Positions 25,901 to 38,161 are shown, counted from the first letter of the stretch. The stretch is 64,000 bases of DNA from Azolla caroliniana (GCA_043228905.1 JBHGNT010000002.1:14942001-15006000), one strand, 5' to 3'. Numbers and translations: made by a program. Notes: a model not told the origin generated them from the sequence alone.

Positions 25901-28900
25901 AATAAGATAACTAGGTTTTTTATTATTAATCTTTTGATTCAGTACATGGTTTCCCCCCTCCTTTCTCTTCTGTTCTTTGTGATATAGATGCCCCCATGCA
26001 TATGATGCATGTGAGGGTATAAGACATGCATAAAATGCATGATTGCCATTTGGCGCTCATGCATCACATGTGATGCATTATAACCATGTCACTCATTCAA
26101 GCTCTCATGTATGAGAATTTACATGTGAAAAGTACAATGATGAAAATAGACTTTAAAGAAAGCATCTTAGCTTAATGGTATGTCAATTGTCCCTTATCTT
26201 GGAGGTGTAAGGTTCAAAACCTATTCACGTGCACATTAATGTGCTGACATATGAGTATAACTATCACCCCTTTCATACATGTGCACATTGCACCTTCTCA
26301 GTTTTCTCCATTCCACATGATTTTCACACCGTTACTGAAAATCTTCACGATATCTTTGCGATATGCGTGTGGTTATGGAGGATTGTCAAATGGTGAAGTT
26401 CATAAAAGGAAGACAATATGAACATATGAGTTGAGTGCACTTGAGAAGAAGAAGGAGAAGAAGATGATGATGGTGATGGTGATGGTGGTGGTGACGATGA
26501 TGATCTCACAAAGAAGAGGATTAGTGAAACCCTCAAGTTTCTTTTCTTGATAAGAAGAACTATACAAAATGAAGAAGGATATGATGATGGTGATCCTCCT
26601 AATCTTTTACCCCCCCTTAACATAAGAAAAGAGGCTCTTTATACAGGGTGTCACATGCACTAAGAGCTTAAGAGCATGTAGACACTTGTCTCTCATGCTT
26701 TGCTTACATATAGTGGTCTAGAAATATACAAAATTTATATATAAAATAGTTTATTCTAGTGGTATTTACATTCTTTCATAAGAAAAAGGTAGTGAGCTCA
26801 AAACTCATCTCTTTCATGATACTTCGAAAATGAATGAATTATTTGGTTTGGAAGAGGTTTCTGATCGTGTGCCATGGGTAACACGACACCGTAGCGACCC
26901 TTCCTTCTTTGGAATTGTAAACCACCAATTTGAGTACGAAGCATTTGATGGCTCTAGAATCCCTATCGATGCCTTCTCCTTGAGCAAGTCAATGATTTTC
27001 GGAATATGCGCCTTTGACACCAGAATCGACTTCAGATTCCACAACATGTGATCAATCGTGAAAATTACCATCCACTCAACTTTCTTTGGATTCACGCATC
27101 CGATTTCCCTTGGCATGAATGCAAATGGCTTGCCATGTTGTTCCAACATTTCCCGGAATCATTCTTCTTCACTCGGTAAGAGGAACCCGCCTCCACCGAT
27201 CCGGAGTTTCTTTCGAGTCTCATCTATAAATGTATGCCCAATATCCATGGACTTATGAAGTGTCAGATCTCTTGAGACTTCTTTCCTCTTTTGTTCACTA
27301 TTGGCGGGTAACGGTCCTGCAAACGGTTTCACCTTCTTTTCCATGGTCTTCTATTTCATACAAACCATTGCTTCTTCTTTGCGGGGTGCATCCGGCCCTA
27401 TTTCCGCAAATTTCATACATCTCGACCGATTCCACCGGAACTACCCAGTCTCCTTGGCTATCCTGTTCTGCAAGCTCTTCGAGCCGTTGTAGCGTGCTCC
27501 CATAGAATACTTCTTTGACTACGCCCATGATTTCTTCGTCTTCTTTTATTATTGATGCAGATCGTAGCTCATCCTACATATTTCGGAATTCTTTCTTCAT
27601 TACTGTGGTCACGACCATGTACATAGATGCCCCATCTGAACTTATTCACACTTGTTTTGCTCTGAGAGTTTTCTTCCTGCGTGGGGTATCAGGGCTTCTC
27701 GTACTGTCACTACCCCACTCCACAACAATCTACTTTAAAAATCCATTTTCTTCTAGGAAAAGAGCTCTCGCTTGTTCCTTTTGTGATTTGATGGCATAGT
27801 AAAACATTGAACAACTTTCACAGCTTTCCCTCCGCTTGGGCTCTGGATCTGTGCAAAAGCCGCTCCGCTGTCGGGCATCTTTGTTTCCATTTGTGAAGCT
27901 GTAATGAAGAGTTGCCCGAGTATTATAGAATGTGAGACCTCATCTTGCACGAAGAAATTTTGGTCAATCTCCACATCTCCGATCTTTACCGTCAGATTCG
28001 AACAAGTCGTAAATAGATCCGTTATGGCTTTTGTGGTTGCCCGGATCTTCGATCCATGATTGTTGTTAATAGGCCACTTCCTCTTCCGGTTGAACTCCAT
28101 GGACATCAAATTGATCTCTGATCCATGATCAATCAACGCTAGTACGGGCTCTTTGATGTTTCGAATTCGGATCAGAGTCTCTATAGTTGCTTGTGCCGAG
28201 TGTGGCTTTGTGTAGTGGGAATTTGGAATCTCATCCTCCACTCCCGTCTCATTCATTAGAACGGTATTCGCATTCACTCTTGGAGCATTTGATTCCTTCG
28301 TAGCCCGCGTCTTTCTTTTTACTAGATCCACGAGGAGATCATGGAACTCCTTCTTCGCAATTCTGAGTAATTCTCGGAGGGAAAATTCCGCCCGACTATC
28401 AAGGATTCTCACTTCGAACACTTTTTTAAAGTCTGTCTATTGTTCAATGTCCGAGGCGAGTTTGAATGCCAGAATCGTTTTCCCTTTTCCCTTCCCTTTG
28501 GAGTTCCAGCTCTCCGGTGTCTTCGATGGTCCAACCGCATCATTCGTGCGCTGTCGCGTCTCAACTACATACACCTCATGTAATTGACATAAGGCGTATA
28601 CACTATTTTTATTTACGGGGCACTCCCATCCTGTAGCTACCTGGATGCCTTCCACAGTTCTCCAGATTTCATCAAAGTCGGTCTTCACTGAGATTCGACA
28701 CGTATTCTTGCGGTTGTTGTGTAATTGCTTTTTGCCGTTATCTCCTCCTCTAGGACCTTCTTCATGTCGCTTTTCAGAAGTTTAGACTGAGTGGCTTACG
28801 ACAGTCCATTGAATGGATCCGATTTCCCTCATAGTAGATGAGATCTCATCGTAAAGCCTTCTTGTGCATATCACAATCTTTGCAGTCATGTTCGGTGCTA

Positions 28901-29369
28901 TGACACCATATACACTAATGATCCATATACTTGGAACTTTTAGGCCGATCCTCTATTTTCATTCAGAATTTGTTCAACCATGGATGTGTCTATTCCCTTT
29001 TCAGTTGTGGTCTCATGGATCTGTGACTGGTGATCTTCCAATCCGGCTCTTGGTCTTGGAATTGGTTCCGAAACCCTCTTCTCTTCATTACCAAGACATT
29101 GTCTCCTTTTTGTGAACTGGGCAACACTAGCCATCACGTTCTCCCAATTATTTATGGGGCCACTATTTGTGGTTATATCTTCCAACAACATCCCAAGATC
29201 GTTTCGGTCTCAGCCATCTACAACTCGTAAGAACATGATCACTTTGTCTGGTACGAGGATAGCTTGATCTCTTGTGAGCAACCTCCTGAATCAACTTTTG
29301 AATGCTAAGAACACAATCCCCTTGTCTAGTGTTTCCACCCAATCTTCGAATCCCCTTCACATTGCCTTG
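22963..29369 (-). mobile_element. Ty3/gypsy G1 (non-chromovirus, Trp PBS; Phygy-like by inference), degenerate gag-pol
   Basis: Protease LIDHGSEIN (27753-28421), RT PQGA..FLDD (25161-25430), RNase H, integrase FKWMVD (23943-24164). Host of the Sola2-like element, the solo LTR and the chromovirus. Confidence 0.9.
25603..26888 (-). repeat. Solo LTR related to the G2 LTRs, inserted in the G1 RT
   Basis: TGTCG...CGACA termini; 4-bp TSD CTGT/CCGT. Shares the ATGCATATGATGCATGTGAGGGT... block with 38162-39178. Removing it restores RT GSLRFI. Confidence 0.85.
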
Positions 29370-29520
29370 TGTCATGAATACATAAACATCATGGCTTCAC
29401 TTGGGCTTGAACCCAAGACCTTGTAATACATAATCAAGAACCCAACCATTAAGAGAGCCTATGGTCATATGAAATGATAAAAGCTACTTTTTGTAATGTA
29501 CTGATTATTGTAAATACTCT

Positions 29521-29623
29521 GGAACATTCTAGACTATCCTAGAACATCTTAGAATATTCTAGATGTAGAACATTCTAGAACATTATAGAAATCTCTAGTC
29601 TATTCTATAGGAACCTATAAATA
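29521..29623 (+). promoter_or_regulatory. Heat-shock-element array and TATA box in the chromovirus LTR
   Basis: AGAACATTCTAGAAC (29567-29581) is nGAAn-nTTCn-nGAAn, with further units nearby. TATAAAT at 29616. The other LTR has five perfect units at 36129-36153. Confidence 0.65.
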
Positions 29624-29814
29624 TAGACATACAATTATTCTCAAACCAATTCGAATCAACACCAGTCTTTAGCTCTCATTGCATATTTTGCATCCATTCT
29701 CTTTCTATTTCTATCTTAATACACCCATTCTTCTCTAATCATTTCGTCCCTTTTCTTCTCGTGTTCTCTTATATCCTTCTTCCATCACTCTATCTTTTAT
29801 TTTTGGCTCTGACC

Positions 29815-32800
29815 ATTTGATTAAAATTTTCTCTCCCTGATCTATGAGACTAACCCACGCCTTTTACGACTATGATTTTGGAATTGCAATGGATACCCAT
29901 GGAATGCGGGATTTGGCATAGAGGAGTTCACCAATGACTCGGATATCACACTTCTTGTTGAAACATGGGAGCATGATACTCAAAGGATTCAAGGTTTAGG
30001 AAACTATAATGTACACTCTTTGATATGGAAGAAAAATCCAAGACAAAGAAGAGGACAAGGAGGGGTGGCATGTTTGATTAAGAAGGAAATAGAGAAATAT
30101 GTGTCAATCATAAAAAATGATGAAAATAAATGCTACATATGGCTCAAAATAGAAACACCTAATGATTTGCCCACTTTTGTTGTTGGATGTTACATTCCTC
30201 ATCAAGATTCTAACTTTTATGCTTGTTTGGATAAAGATCAACCGTTTGCCAATCTAGAAGATGATATTGCTTATTTCAAATCCAAAGGGGAAGTTATTGT
30301 CTTTGGTGACATGAATGCTCGTACAAGAAGTTTCCAACTTGATTCACAAGAATCTTTCATGCCACATATCTCAAGGATGCAAGAGGATATGCAAATGTAT
30401 AACCGCTCTTCTAGCGATGAAAAAGATCCGGACCAATTTGGGAAGTTACTCCTACAAATGTGCAATAGTACCGGATTTCTTATTGCAAATGGTATTTCCT
30501 TATGGCCCAACACTAATGGTTTTACATGTAGAAAATACAACGGAAATAGTGTGATTGATTATGTGCTACTTTCCGAAGGTATTTTGGATCGTATACATAA
30601 ATTCTCACTTGGTGAATGGACACCGGAATCCGATCATAGGCCTTTATGTATTGATCTCAAATGTATGCATAGGTTTGATTGTGAGAAGGCTATTGAAGAT
30701 AATAAACAACCGCACTTGAGCATGAACCTTAAGCGAGCACCCATGTATTCCAAGATGGTTGAGGATATGTTACAAATGACAAAGATACAACATGGTGCCA
30801 CACTAGAATGCAAATGGGAAACTTTCAAGAAAGTCATTCTCTCATGTACAAACAAATGTTTTTCGACCAACCGCACATCTTGGAAATGCACCAAGAAACT
30901 TAGGAAAAAATGGTTTGATAAAGAATGTCGTGAAGCTCGAAAGTGCCTTATGGTTTTGGATGTAGTTAAGGATAAAGAGAATTACCAAAAGCATTTGCAT
31001 GAGTATAAAAGGCTTATTCAAAGAAAGAGAAGAATATGGGAAGTTACTCAACAATTTATCCAAACGCAAGAGAAAGCACATGCATGTGCTAAATTTTGGG
31101 GAAATCTAAAGGGAAAACGTGTTGAGAGTTATGGTGACTTAACTCTTCACGACTTGTCTATGCATTGTAAGAATTTATATGAGTTATCTCTTGCCGGAAA
31201 GATGATGTGTTATGGTTCTCTTTCACAAATGCATTCCTTCTTTACAATTGAAGATATATGCATAGGACTTAAGAAATTGGCCTCTCGAAAGGCAAGCGAT
31301 ATTCAATGTATAAAGGCTGAAATGCTCAAATGGACGGGAAATGATGCACATATATGGATAAGCGATATGTTTAATGATGCATTGCAACATGGTATGCCGT
31401 ACGATTGGACTACAAATTGGATCAAACCTTTACATAAAGGTGGAGATATAAATAATGTAAACAACTATCGAACCATCATGGTTGGCTCATTAATGGCAAA
31501 ACTATTTGGATGTATAATGGAATCAAAGATAAGTGTATGGGCTGAAAAAAGTGATAAGAGAGCTTATGGACAAGCTGGCTTTCGGAAACACCATAGCACC
31601 ATTGATCACCTTATCACCCTTCGAGTATTAATGGAGGAAAGTCGCCTTAGAGGTAAAGGTTTATATTGTTGCTTTGTAGACTTCAAGAAAGCTTTTGATA
31701 TGGTACCTCGTGAGCATCTTTGGAGGCGAATGGAAGAACTAGAGGTGCCAAGTGAATATATGCTTGCAATTTCCCGAATTTATGAGAAGGTTATATGTTG
31801 TGTGCGCATGAGAGATAAACTTTCAGATTTTTTCAAAAGCACTATTGGTGTTAAGCAAGGATGCCCACTCTCACCAACACTATTTGGTCTATGCATTGAT
31901 GAATTGGAAGAAATGGTTACCAAGTTTGCAAAGGAAGAATGTGTTGAAGAAGTTGCCATTGGGAATGTTGTGATTATGCTTTTGCTATATGCAGATGACG
32001 TAGTGCTTTTTGCAAATACTTTAGGAGATGCACAAAAGCTTATGAAGGCATTGGAAAAAATTTGCATGCATACTAAATTAAGTGTCAATAGCTCTAAAAC
32101 AAAGATTATGCTTGTGAAGAGCCAAAAAAGAGATAAACCATGCATTATGTACAACAATGAGCCACTTGAATGTGTGGAAAGCTTCAAATATCTTGGCCTT
32201 GAAGTTCCTTCAAATCATAGATGGAATGAATGTGCTACACGCCGCTTAGAGGCGGGCAAACGAGCATACTATGCATTTGAGAACACATGCAATCTTGGAG
32301 ATATTAAGTGTTGGATCCTCAAGAAATATCTTTTCGACACTTTGGTGACACCAGTTCTTCTCTATGGGGTGGAAGTATGGGGCGGTAGCATCCCTAAGTC
32401 TATGTGGAAAGAGTTTGAAAATGTCCAAAAGCATTTTCTTACCAAGTTTCTACAAGTTAAGAAACAAACGCCCTACACCCTCCTCCTTGAGACGGGATCG
32501 CTTCCCATTGAGATCATGGCCATGGAAAGGGTTGTTGAATACATGCTTAAGGTTCAAAAAAGTCCCTCACATCGACTTCCTAGAATTGCGTGGGAAGCAA
32601 GCAAAAAGATCCAAACGACGCATAAAAGCAAAATTTTGTGTTCCGGTTGGATGCAAGATATAGAAAAATGGTTTGGTAGATGGGATGCGAGACACTTGCT
32701 TCATGATGCATCATTAGATTCCTCTGTAAATGAGGCATTTTTGCAACGCCAATGTATCATGACATGGGACAAATGTGGAGGCTCACGCTTCACACATTAT

Positions 32801-33285
32801 ACTACACATGTTGCACCTAACTACAAAACCATATTCTTTGCGGAACGGGGAAATCGTACACATCCATACATGTTAGAGCCCATACCGTTATCTGCCATTC
32901 GAACCATTGCTTCCATGCGACTTAGCTCACATGCATTGCGATGTGAAACAGGGCGTTGGGGTACAAGTGATGAGAGTGGTCGGCTATGCACACTTTGCCC
33001 TAAACAAGTTCGCGAGTCTGAGTATCCCACTTTGATACAATGCTCTACCTTTGATCATATTCGACCATGCTTTCCACATCTCTTCGATCGAGCCCAATCT
33101 TTGCATGAATTCCTCTCACAACCACAATGTGCACTCTCGATTGCAACATTCATTGGTAAAGTTCTTGAACATCGAGAGTCACTACCCACTTTCACACGTA
33201 TCAGGTGAAATGTAATATTTTTGGTCTCATAGGTCATATTTGATCTCCGAAGACGATAATATAATCTATCTATCTATCTATCTAT
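29815..33285 (+). mobile_element. RTE-group (RTEX-like) LINE inserted at the chromovirus LTR end
   Basis: Single long APE-RT frame, short 3' UTR, (TATC)n tail at ~33265-33285. Confidence 0.88.
30020..33208 (+). CDS. LINE APE endonuclease-reverse transcriptase
   Basis: 1062-aa ORF with GDMNAR, SDHRP, QAGFR, DFKKAFD, GVKQGCPLSP, YADD, YLG and a C-terminal C-x2-C knuckle. The frame extends upstream to FWNCNG (~29875), behind one stop. Confidence 0.93.
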   Translation: MIWKKNPRQRRGQGGVACLIKKEIEKYVSIIKNDENKCYIWLKIETPNDLPTFVVGCYIPHQDSNFYACLDKDQPFANLEDDIAYFKSKGEVIVFGDMNARTRSFQLDSQESFMPHISRMQEDMQMYNRSSSDEKDPDQFGKLLLQMCNSTGFLIANGISLWPNTNGFTCRKYNGNSVIDYVLLSEGILDRIHKFSLGEWTPESDHRPLCIDLKCMHRFDCEKAIEDNKQPHLSMNLKRAPMYSKMVEDMLQMTKIQHGATLECKWETFKKVILSCTNKCFSTNRTSWKCTKKLRKKWFDKECREARKCLMVLDVVKDKENYQKHLHEYKRLIQRKRRIWEVTQQFIQTQEKAHACAKFWGNLKGKRVESYGDLTLHDLSMHCKNLYELSLAGKMMCYGSLSQMHSFFTIEDICIGLKKLASRKASDIQCIKAEMLKWTGNDAHIWISDMFNDALQHGMPYDWTTNWIKPLHKGGDINNVNNYRTIMVGSLMAKLFGCIMESKISVWAEKSDKRAYGQAGFRKHHSTIDHLITLRVLMEESRLRGKGLYCCFVDFKKAFDMVPREHLWRRMEELEVPSEYMLAISRIYEKVICCVRMRDKLSDFFKSTIGVKQGCPLSPTLFGLCIDELEEMVTKFAKEECVEEVAIGNVVIMLLLYADDVVLFANTLGDAQKLMKALEKICMHTKLSVNSSKTKIMLVKSQKRDKPCIMYNNEPLECVESFKYLGLEVPSNHRWNECATRRLEAGKRAYYAFENTCNLGDIKCWILKKYLFDTLVTPVLLYGVEVWGGSIPKSMWKEFENVQKHFLTKFLQVKKQTPYTLLLETGSLPIEIMAMERVVEYMLKVQKSPSHRLPRIAWEASKKIQTTHKSKILCSGWMQDIEKWFGRWDARHLLHDASLDSSVNEAFLQRQCIMTWDKCGGSRFTHYTTHVAPNYKTIFFAERGNRTHPYMLEPIPLSAIRTIASMRLSSHALRCETGRWGTSDESGRLCTLCPKQVRESEYPTLIQCSTFDHIRPCFPHLFDRAQSLHEFLSQPQCALSIATFIGKVLEHRESLPTFTRIR

Positions 33286-34869
33286 AAACATCACGAAACT
33301 ATGACCGCCGTCAACTCAGAAGAATATCTCACCCTTCTTGCAGAAATGGAGAATCTTAAAACCAAGTTCGCATCTCTTGAATTAGAGAATCAAAGTCTTC
33401 TTGGAGGTCTTAAAAAGGTTATTGTGGAGAAGCAACCACAACAAGAAGAATTTATGCGATGGGTTCAACAATTGGAGTCGACAATCGTAGTTTTACAACA
33501 GCCCAAAATCAGCCACCTAGCTAAATTTGATGGTTCGAGGGCGCATTTCTAAGGTTTCTTAAATCAAGTACGGTTGATAATTCAAATGAATCCTACGCAT
33601 TATCTGATAGATGCATCACGAGTTGGGTTAGTGGGCATCCTATTGATTGGTATAGCGTTGTCGTGGTTTGCTCCATTACTAGAGACAAATTCTCCTCTAC
33701 TACATAATTTCGAGGAATTTATCAAAGATTTTAAGGCTTGCTTCGGAGATATAGATGGGGCAAGAACTACAATTAACAAGATTCATACCCTACGTCAAGG
33801 TGATCAGCCATCATCGACATATGCAACCAATTTCCGTCTAATCCCAAGAGATATATTCCTTGGGATGAACAAGCCCTAATGGCGCAATTTTGTCTCGGCC
33901 TTCGTAGTGATGTGAAAGACTTACTTCTTACCTTCCCTAAGGATCCAAAATCACTTACAAAAGCTATTAGTCGAGCAATACGGTGTGATAATCGTCTTTT
34001 TTAGCATCCATGTGAGCATCTCCAAGGCAAACATATAGCCCTAATCCAACTCCAAGGAAAACACGTAGTCCAGTCTCAATGAATAGGCCTACACCCATGG
34101 AGATTCATATGACCCAACGATGAGGACCGTTGTCGGAAGAAGGGAAGCAATGACGCCGAGAAAACCATTTGTACTTATGTTGTGGAGGTCCATGACATAT
34201 CGCCATTCATTACTCCCGTAGGCCGAGATGTCAGGTAAATCAAATTCACTATGACAATAAAAATGAGTCCAACATTTTAGAAGTAGTTAATGATTCTAGT
34301 ATTATGAATAATCCACCCCTGTCCAATAAGTTTGAGTTCCTAAGCCAATTAGAAGAGGAGTCAAACGAATAAGTCCGGCCAAAATAGGAGCCATTTGGTT
34401 GGACAACCCTATATTTGTACAACCTAGTGTGGGTTCCATTTCTTCGAAGCATGTTAGTGGAGTCATGTCAGCTTAAATACAAGTTAGGATACCGAGTTGT
34501 TAACTTCAGGTCCAAGCCCTCTTAGATACCAGAGCCAATTCTTGTTTCATGGATAGAGATTTTGCCCAAAAACACCAAATGTCCTTGCATACCCTTCCTT
34601 GCCTAATTTCCGTAGTAGTGATTGATGGACGTCCCATAGCTTCTGGGAAGATATTCGAAGAGTCTAAGCAACACACATACGCTTAGGTGATTTAGGATGT
34701 ATAGATTCCTTTAACATAATATGTAGCCCCGAGCATTCAATTGTCCTTGGTTTGCCATGGTTGAAGCTACATAACCCAAGAATCGATTGGAGGAGACGAG
34801 AAATTTGGTGCCCTTCAACAGCAAACATCATTGACAAGGATCGAACCCAGGACTATTCCCTTGAAGAAT

Positions 34870-35847
34870 AAAGTTCTAGAAAACTATGATAGAAAAAGTT
34901 ATTCATGCACATCTAGTGAGCATGAACATGTTAGAATAAAAAGCATGATAGAAAAAACTATTCATGCACATCTAGTGAGCATGAACATGTTAGAAGAAAA
35001 AGCATGATAGAAAAAACTATTCATGCACATCTAATGTGCATGAACACTTTAGAATAAAAAAAAATCATGATAGAAAAAGCCATTCATACACATCTAGTGT
35101 GTATCAATACATTAGTAAGAGAAAAAGCATAATGTTGCATGTAGTAAGTCTCTCCCATCACTATATAAGGGTGGGGAGTAAAATATAATAGGTTGTTGAT
35201 TCTTGGGCAATGTTAATGTTCTAAATATTAACAATCTAAAAACTATACTCGTGGGATTCACGAGCCTTCGATCAATCTATTCCAATCTATTATTAGGTTT
35301 CTAAGGAGTGATTAATATAATACATTAAATAATTGTGGGATTCACGAGTTTCTTATCTTTTTCTCTTTCAATATATTCATATTCCTATTAGCCTTCAAAT
35401 TCTCCTCCTCCTAGTCCATAACCTCGGTGGTTTCCACTTGACTCACGCAATGATCTGGTGCCGAAAAGCACGACATATTTGGTGAACCCAATGTGAAACT
35501 GGGTGGTAAGGATATGGAGAATCGACAAGAGGCGAGCAATATGATGAAAATGTTCGAGTAGATGTTGCAGGAGCAACACATGATGTCGGAGGTCTTAGCG
35601 GCAGTACAACGACTCTTGCAATGGAACGGGCAATTTGATGGAAAGGACGTATCACACTATCTACAAGACTACAAGGCGGCAATGCTGCGATGAGGGATAT
35701 CGGAAGGATTGCAACTGACATCCTTCAATCAGGTGGTTACGGATGGGCTTCAAGGGAGTATCCATGGGATACGACAACAAAATCTGATGTGGGCGGCGTT
35801 TGAAGAAGCGCTGAAGATGACATACGCTATTGAGGACTCCACCAAGG
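34870..35847 (+). mobile_element. Inverted 5' end of gypsy G1: LTR end (CGACA, 35475), Trp PBS (35480-35496), gag N-terminus
   Basis: TGGTGAACCCAATGTGA matches the G2 PBS. Gag ...YAIEDSTK joins in frame to the minus-strand KAM*RGFEDWVE at 29369. Confidence 0.8.
34886..35110. repeat. ~59-bp tandem repeat, 4 copies
   Basis: ATGATAGAAAAA..ATTCATGCACATCTAGTGAGCATGAACA at ~34886, 34945, 35004 and 35067. Confidence 0.88.
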
Positions 35848-36682
35848 TGTCAGAACCAAGAATAAAAGATAGAGTGATGGAAGAAGGATATAAGAGAACA
35901 CCAGAAGAAAAGGTACGAAATGACAAAAGACGAATAGGTATATTAAGATAGCAAAAAAAAGAGAGTGGATAAAAGATATGCAATGAGAGCTAAAGACTGT
36001 TGTTGATTCGAATTGGTTTGAGAATAATTGTATGTGTATATGTATAGGTTCCTATAGAATAGACTAGAGAGATTTATATAATGTTCTAGAATGTTCTACA
36101 CCTAGAATATTCTAAGATGTTCTAGGATATTCTAGAATGTTCTAGAATGTTCCAAAGTATTGACAATAATCAGTATATTACAAAAAGTAGCTTTTATTAT
36201 TTCATATGACCATAGGCTATCTTAATGGTTGGGTTCTTGAGTATGTATTAGAAGGTCTTGGGTTCAGGACCAGGTGAAGCCATGATGTTTATGAATTGAT
36301 GACACTATCTCCCCTTTGAGAACGACGAGTGACAGTCGGCGTTAACAATGTAGGGCCCGATTTTTTGGATAGCGTCGATGGAAAAGTCGTCGACAAGAGC
36401 TTGAGCATTAGAAACATTATTGAAGGGTTCCCAAGTGTGATCACTCGGAGGATAGCCTACCCAATCAACTAAATAATAGAGCTTATTGCACACAATCTTA
36501 GAATCGAACATAGCAACTACCTCATATTCGGGCCGTCAACAAATTTGATAGAAGGCAGAGGTGGCACAACACGATTAGGAATGGAAGCGGTGCAACAATG
36601 TTCGAAAACGGAACTATGAAAGATTGGGTGAAGCTGCATGTGTGCTGGAACATTAAGACGGAATGTTGCATCATTAATCCAC
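35848..36682 (-). mobile_element. Inverted 3' end of the chromovirus: integrase C-terminus and chromodomain, PPT, 3' LTR (36304-35848)
   Basis: INDATFRL..HPIFH..YEV..YYLVDWVGYPPSDHTWEP; PPT AAAGGGGAGATAG; LTR homologous to 29370-29814; followed on minus by TSD CCTTG. Confidence 0.88.
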
Positions 36683-38161
36683 GGAAATGAGAAATTACAA
36701 TATCATGTTAATATCTCAAACTGAAGAAGAGCATGGTGACCAATTATATGTAAATACAAACTACGGTTCCAATAATGATTAAAAAGGGAAATTATGAACA
36801 GGTGAATTTAATTAAACGATAAACAATTACAGATGTTCTCATATACAAATATAATATGAAGTGATGGTGAACATTATGCCTCAAAATCCTCAATTTTTAC
36901 ATTACGCCATCTACATCAATCTATAAGCAAATCAGGCAGAGCAGGCTCCTCTGGCGCTGATTGTTCTAGACTATTTTCATTCGTGTCATCTCCAAGCTCT
37001 CCCGAATCTGATGTATGGTCAAACTGTGCTACATCTTCCAGGTCCACCAGCTCCCCTGCTTCTTCATCAATTGGTTCCATTGGTTCTCGTGAAGTCATCT
37101 GGAACATCTCTGTCTCGTTGATGTGTTTTGCTCCGACTTCTTGATCCTGATCTGGACAGTCCTAGATTCCTGTGATCCTCATTTTGATGAAGTTAACTTG
37201 AGCAGGGTCCTTCTCCAATGCAACACAGTTTCTAAACATCTTCAATGCACAAGCTGTCGTTGTACCTAATGGTCGCATGAACACAAACAAGTATATATAA
37301 GAAGTAACGTCTTAAACTTGATCGACAGGATTGAAATTAAATATATATATTATACCTGTGCCAGAGAACAAGTCTAGGACCCAATCATCTAGATTCGAGA
37401 AGAGCTCTATCAGGCGGTTGATCAATCTTTGAGGTTTTTTATAAGGGTTCACCATACTTTTATCCCCTGACACATATCTTAATTTTTTGGTTACAGCTGG
37501 GCACATGATGTAGTTAACCACGTTACGCTCATTGACATGTGCTCTAGCCTTCTTCTTTGTAATTGAATCATAGTAGCCCACACAAAAATGTTTGACCGCA
37601 CTAACCATTCGATCGCCAAGGCTACGTGTAATATTTGTTTTGATCCTATACAGAAAGAAAATCAAGTATTAGAGGTGTAAATGTGTACATATAATAAGAA
37701 GTATTGTAATGAGTAAAAGCGAACTATAACGCACCAATGCATGTGTTTAGTGGCATGACAACGGGACTTCAAAGCTGTTGTGACTGACATTGATTGCCCC
37801 ATGCTATGAAATATGACTATCCTCCACAAGGGGGCCAATGTCAGTTCTGCGAAATCCTTTACCATTTTCTCGATCTGAGGGTACTTGAAAGGCACATCAT
37901 CATATGTTGATCCCGCAATACGGAAACCATATGGTATGTCAGCTATCAGCAAAGTGTAGTGCCTTCTCGGTAACAGTTCGAGCATTTGGGGTACTTCGCC
38001 ATTGAAAATACTATAATGAAGCTGTTTGAAAGGATCGGACCTATGCAAAAAACTCTTTACAGTCTCCGAATCCTCGGGCAGTTCCATTTCCTTCCCTTTG
38101 GTCATTCTCTTCTCATATTTCGCACGTTCTAAGTGCGTGATGAAGGCCGCTGGAATACCGT

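Larger units (their letters stand above)
29370..34870 (+). mobile_element. Chromovirus (Tcn1-like by inference) 5' half: 5' LTR 29370-29814, gag (33301-~34250), protease
   Basis: Starts TGTCA after TSD CCTTG. Gag PKIS..KFDG..ALSWFAPLLE with knuckle remnant; protease LLDT..VLGLPWL..HNP; broken by stops. Confidence 0.85.

Noticed and set aside
29370-36304. Inverted LTR pair as a DIRS element or as TIRs of a DNA transposon
   Set aside because: No tyrosine recombinase; the CCTTG TSD and the rejoined host gag explain it as an inversion.
36685-36720. Left TIR of the ParB-MTase element
   Set aside because: No match to the reverse complement of the right end (GGGTCATTTGAAATAGG) here or anywhere else I could find in the window.
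37160-38157. Methyltransferase as bacterial contamination
   Set aside because: It has phase-matched GT-AG introns inside conserved motifs and a plant retrotransposon inserted in an exon.
37160-38157. Methyltransferase as a C5 DNMT or METTL3/MT-A70 homologue
   Set aside because: No PC or ENV motifs and no DPPW; the motif order and FxGxGTT fit a beta-class N6_N4_Mtase.
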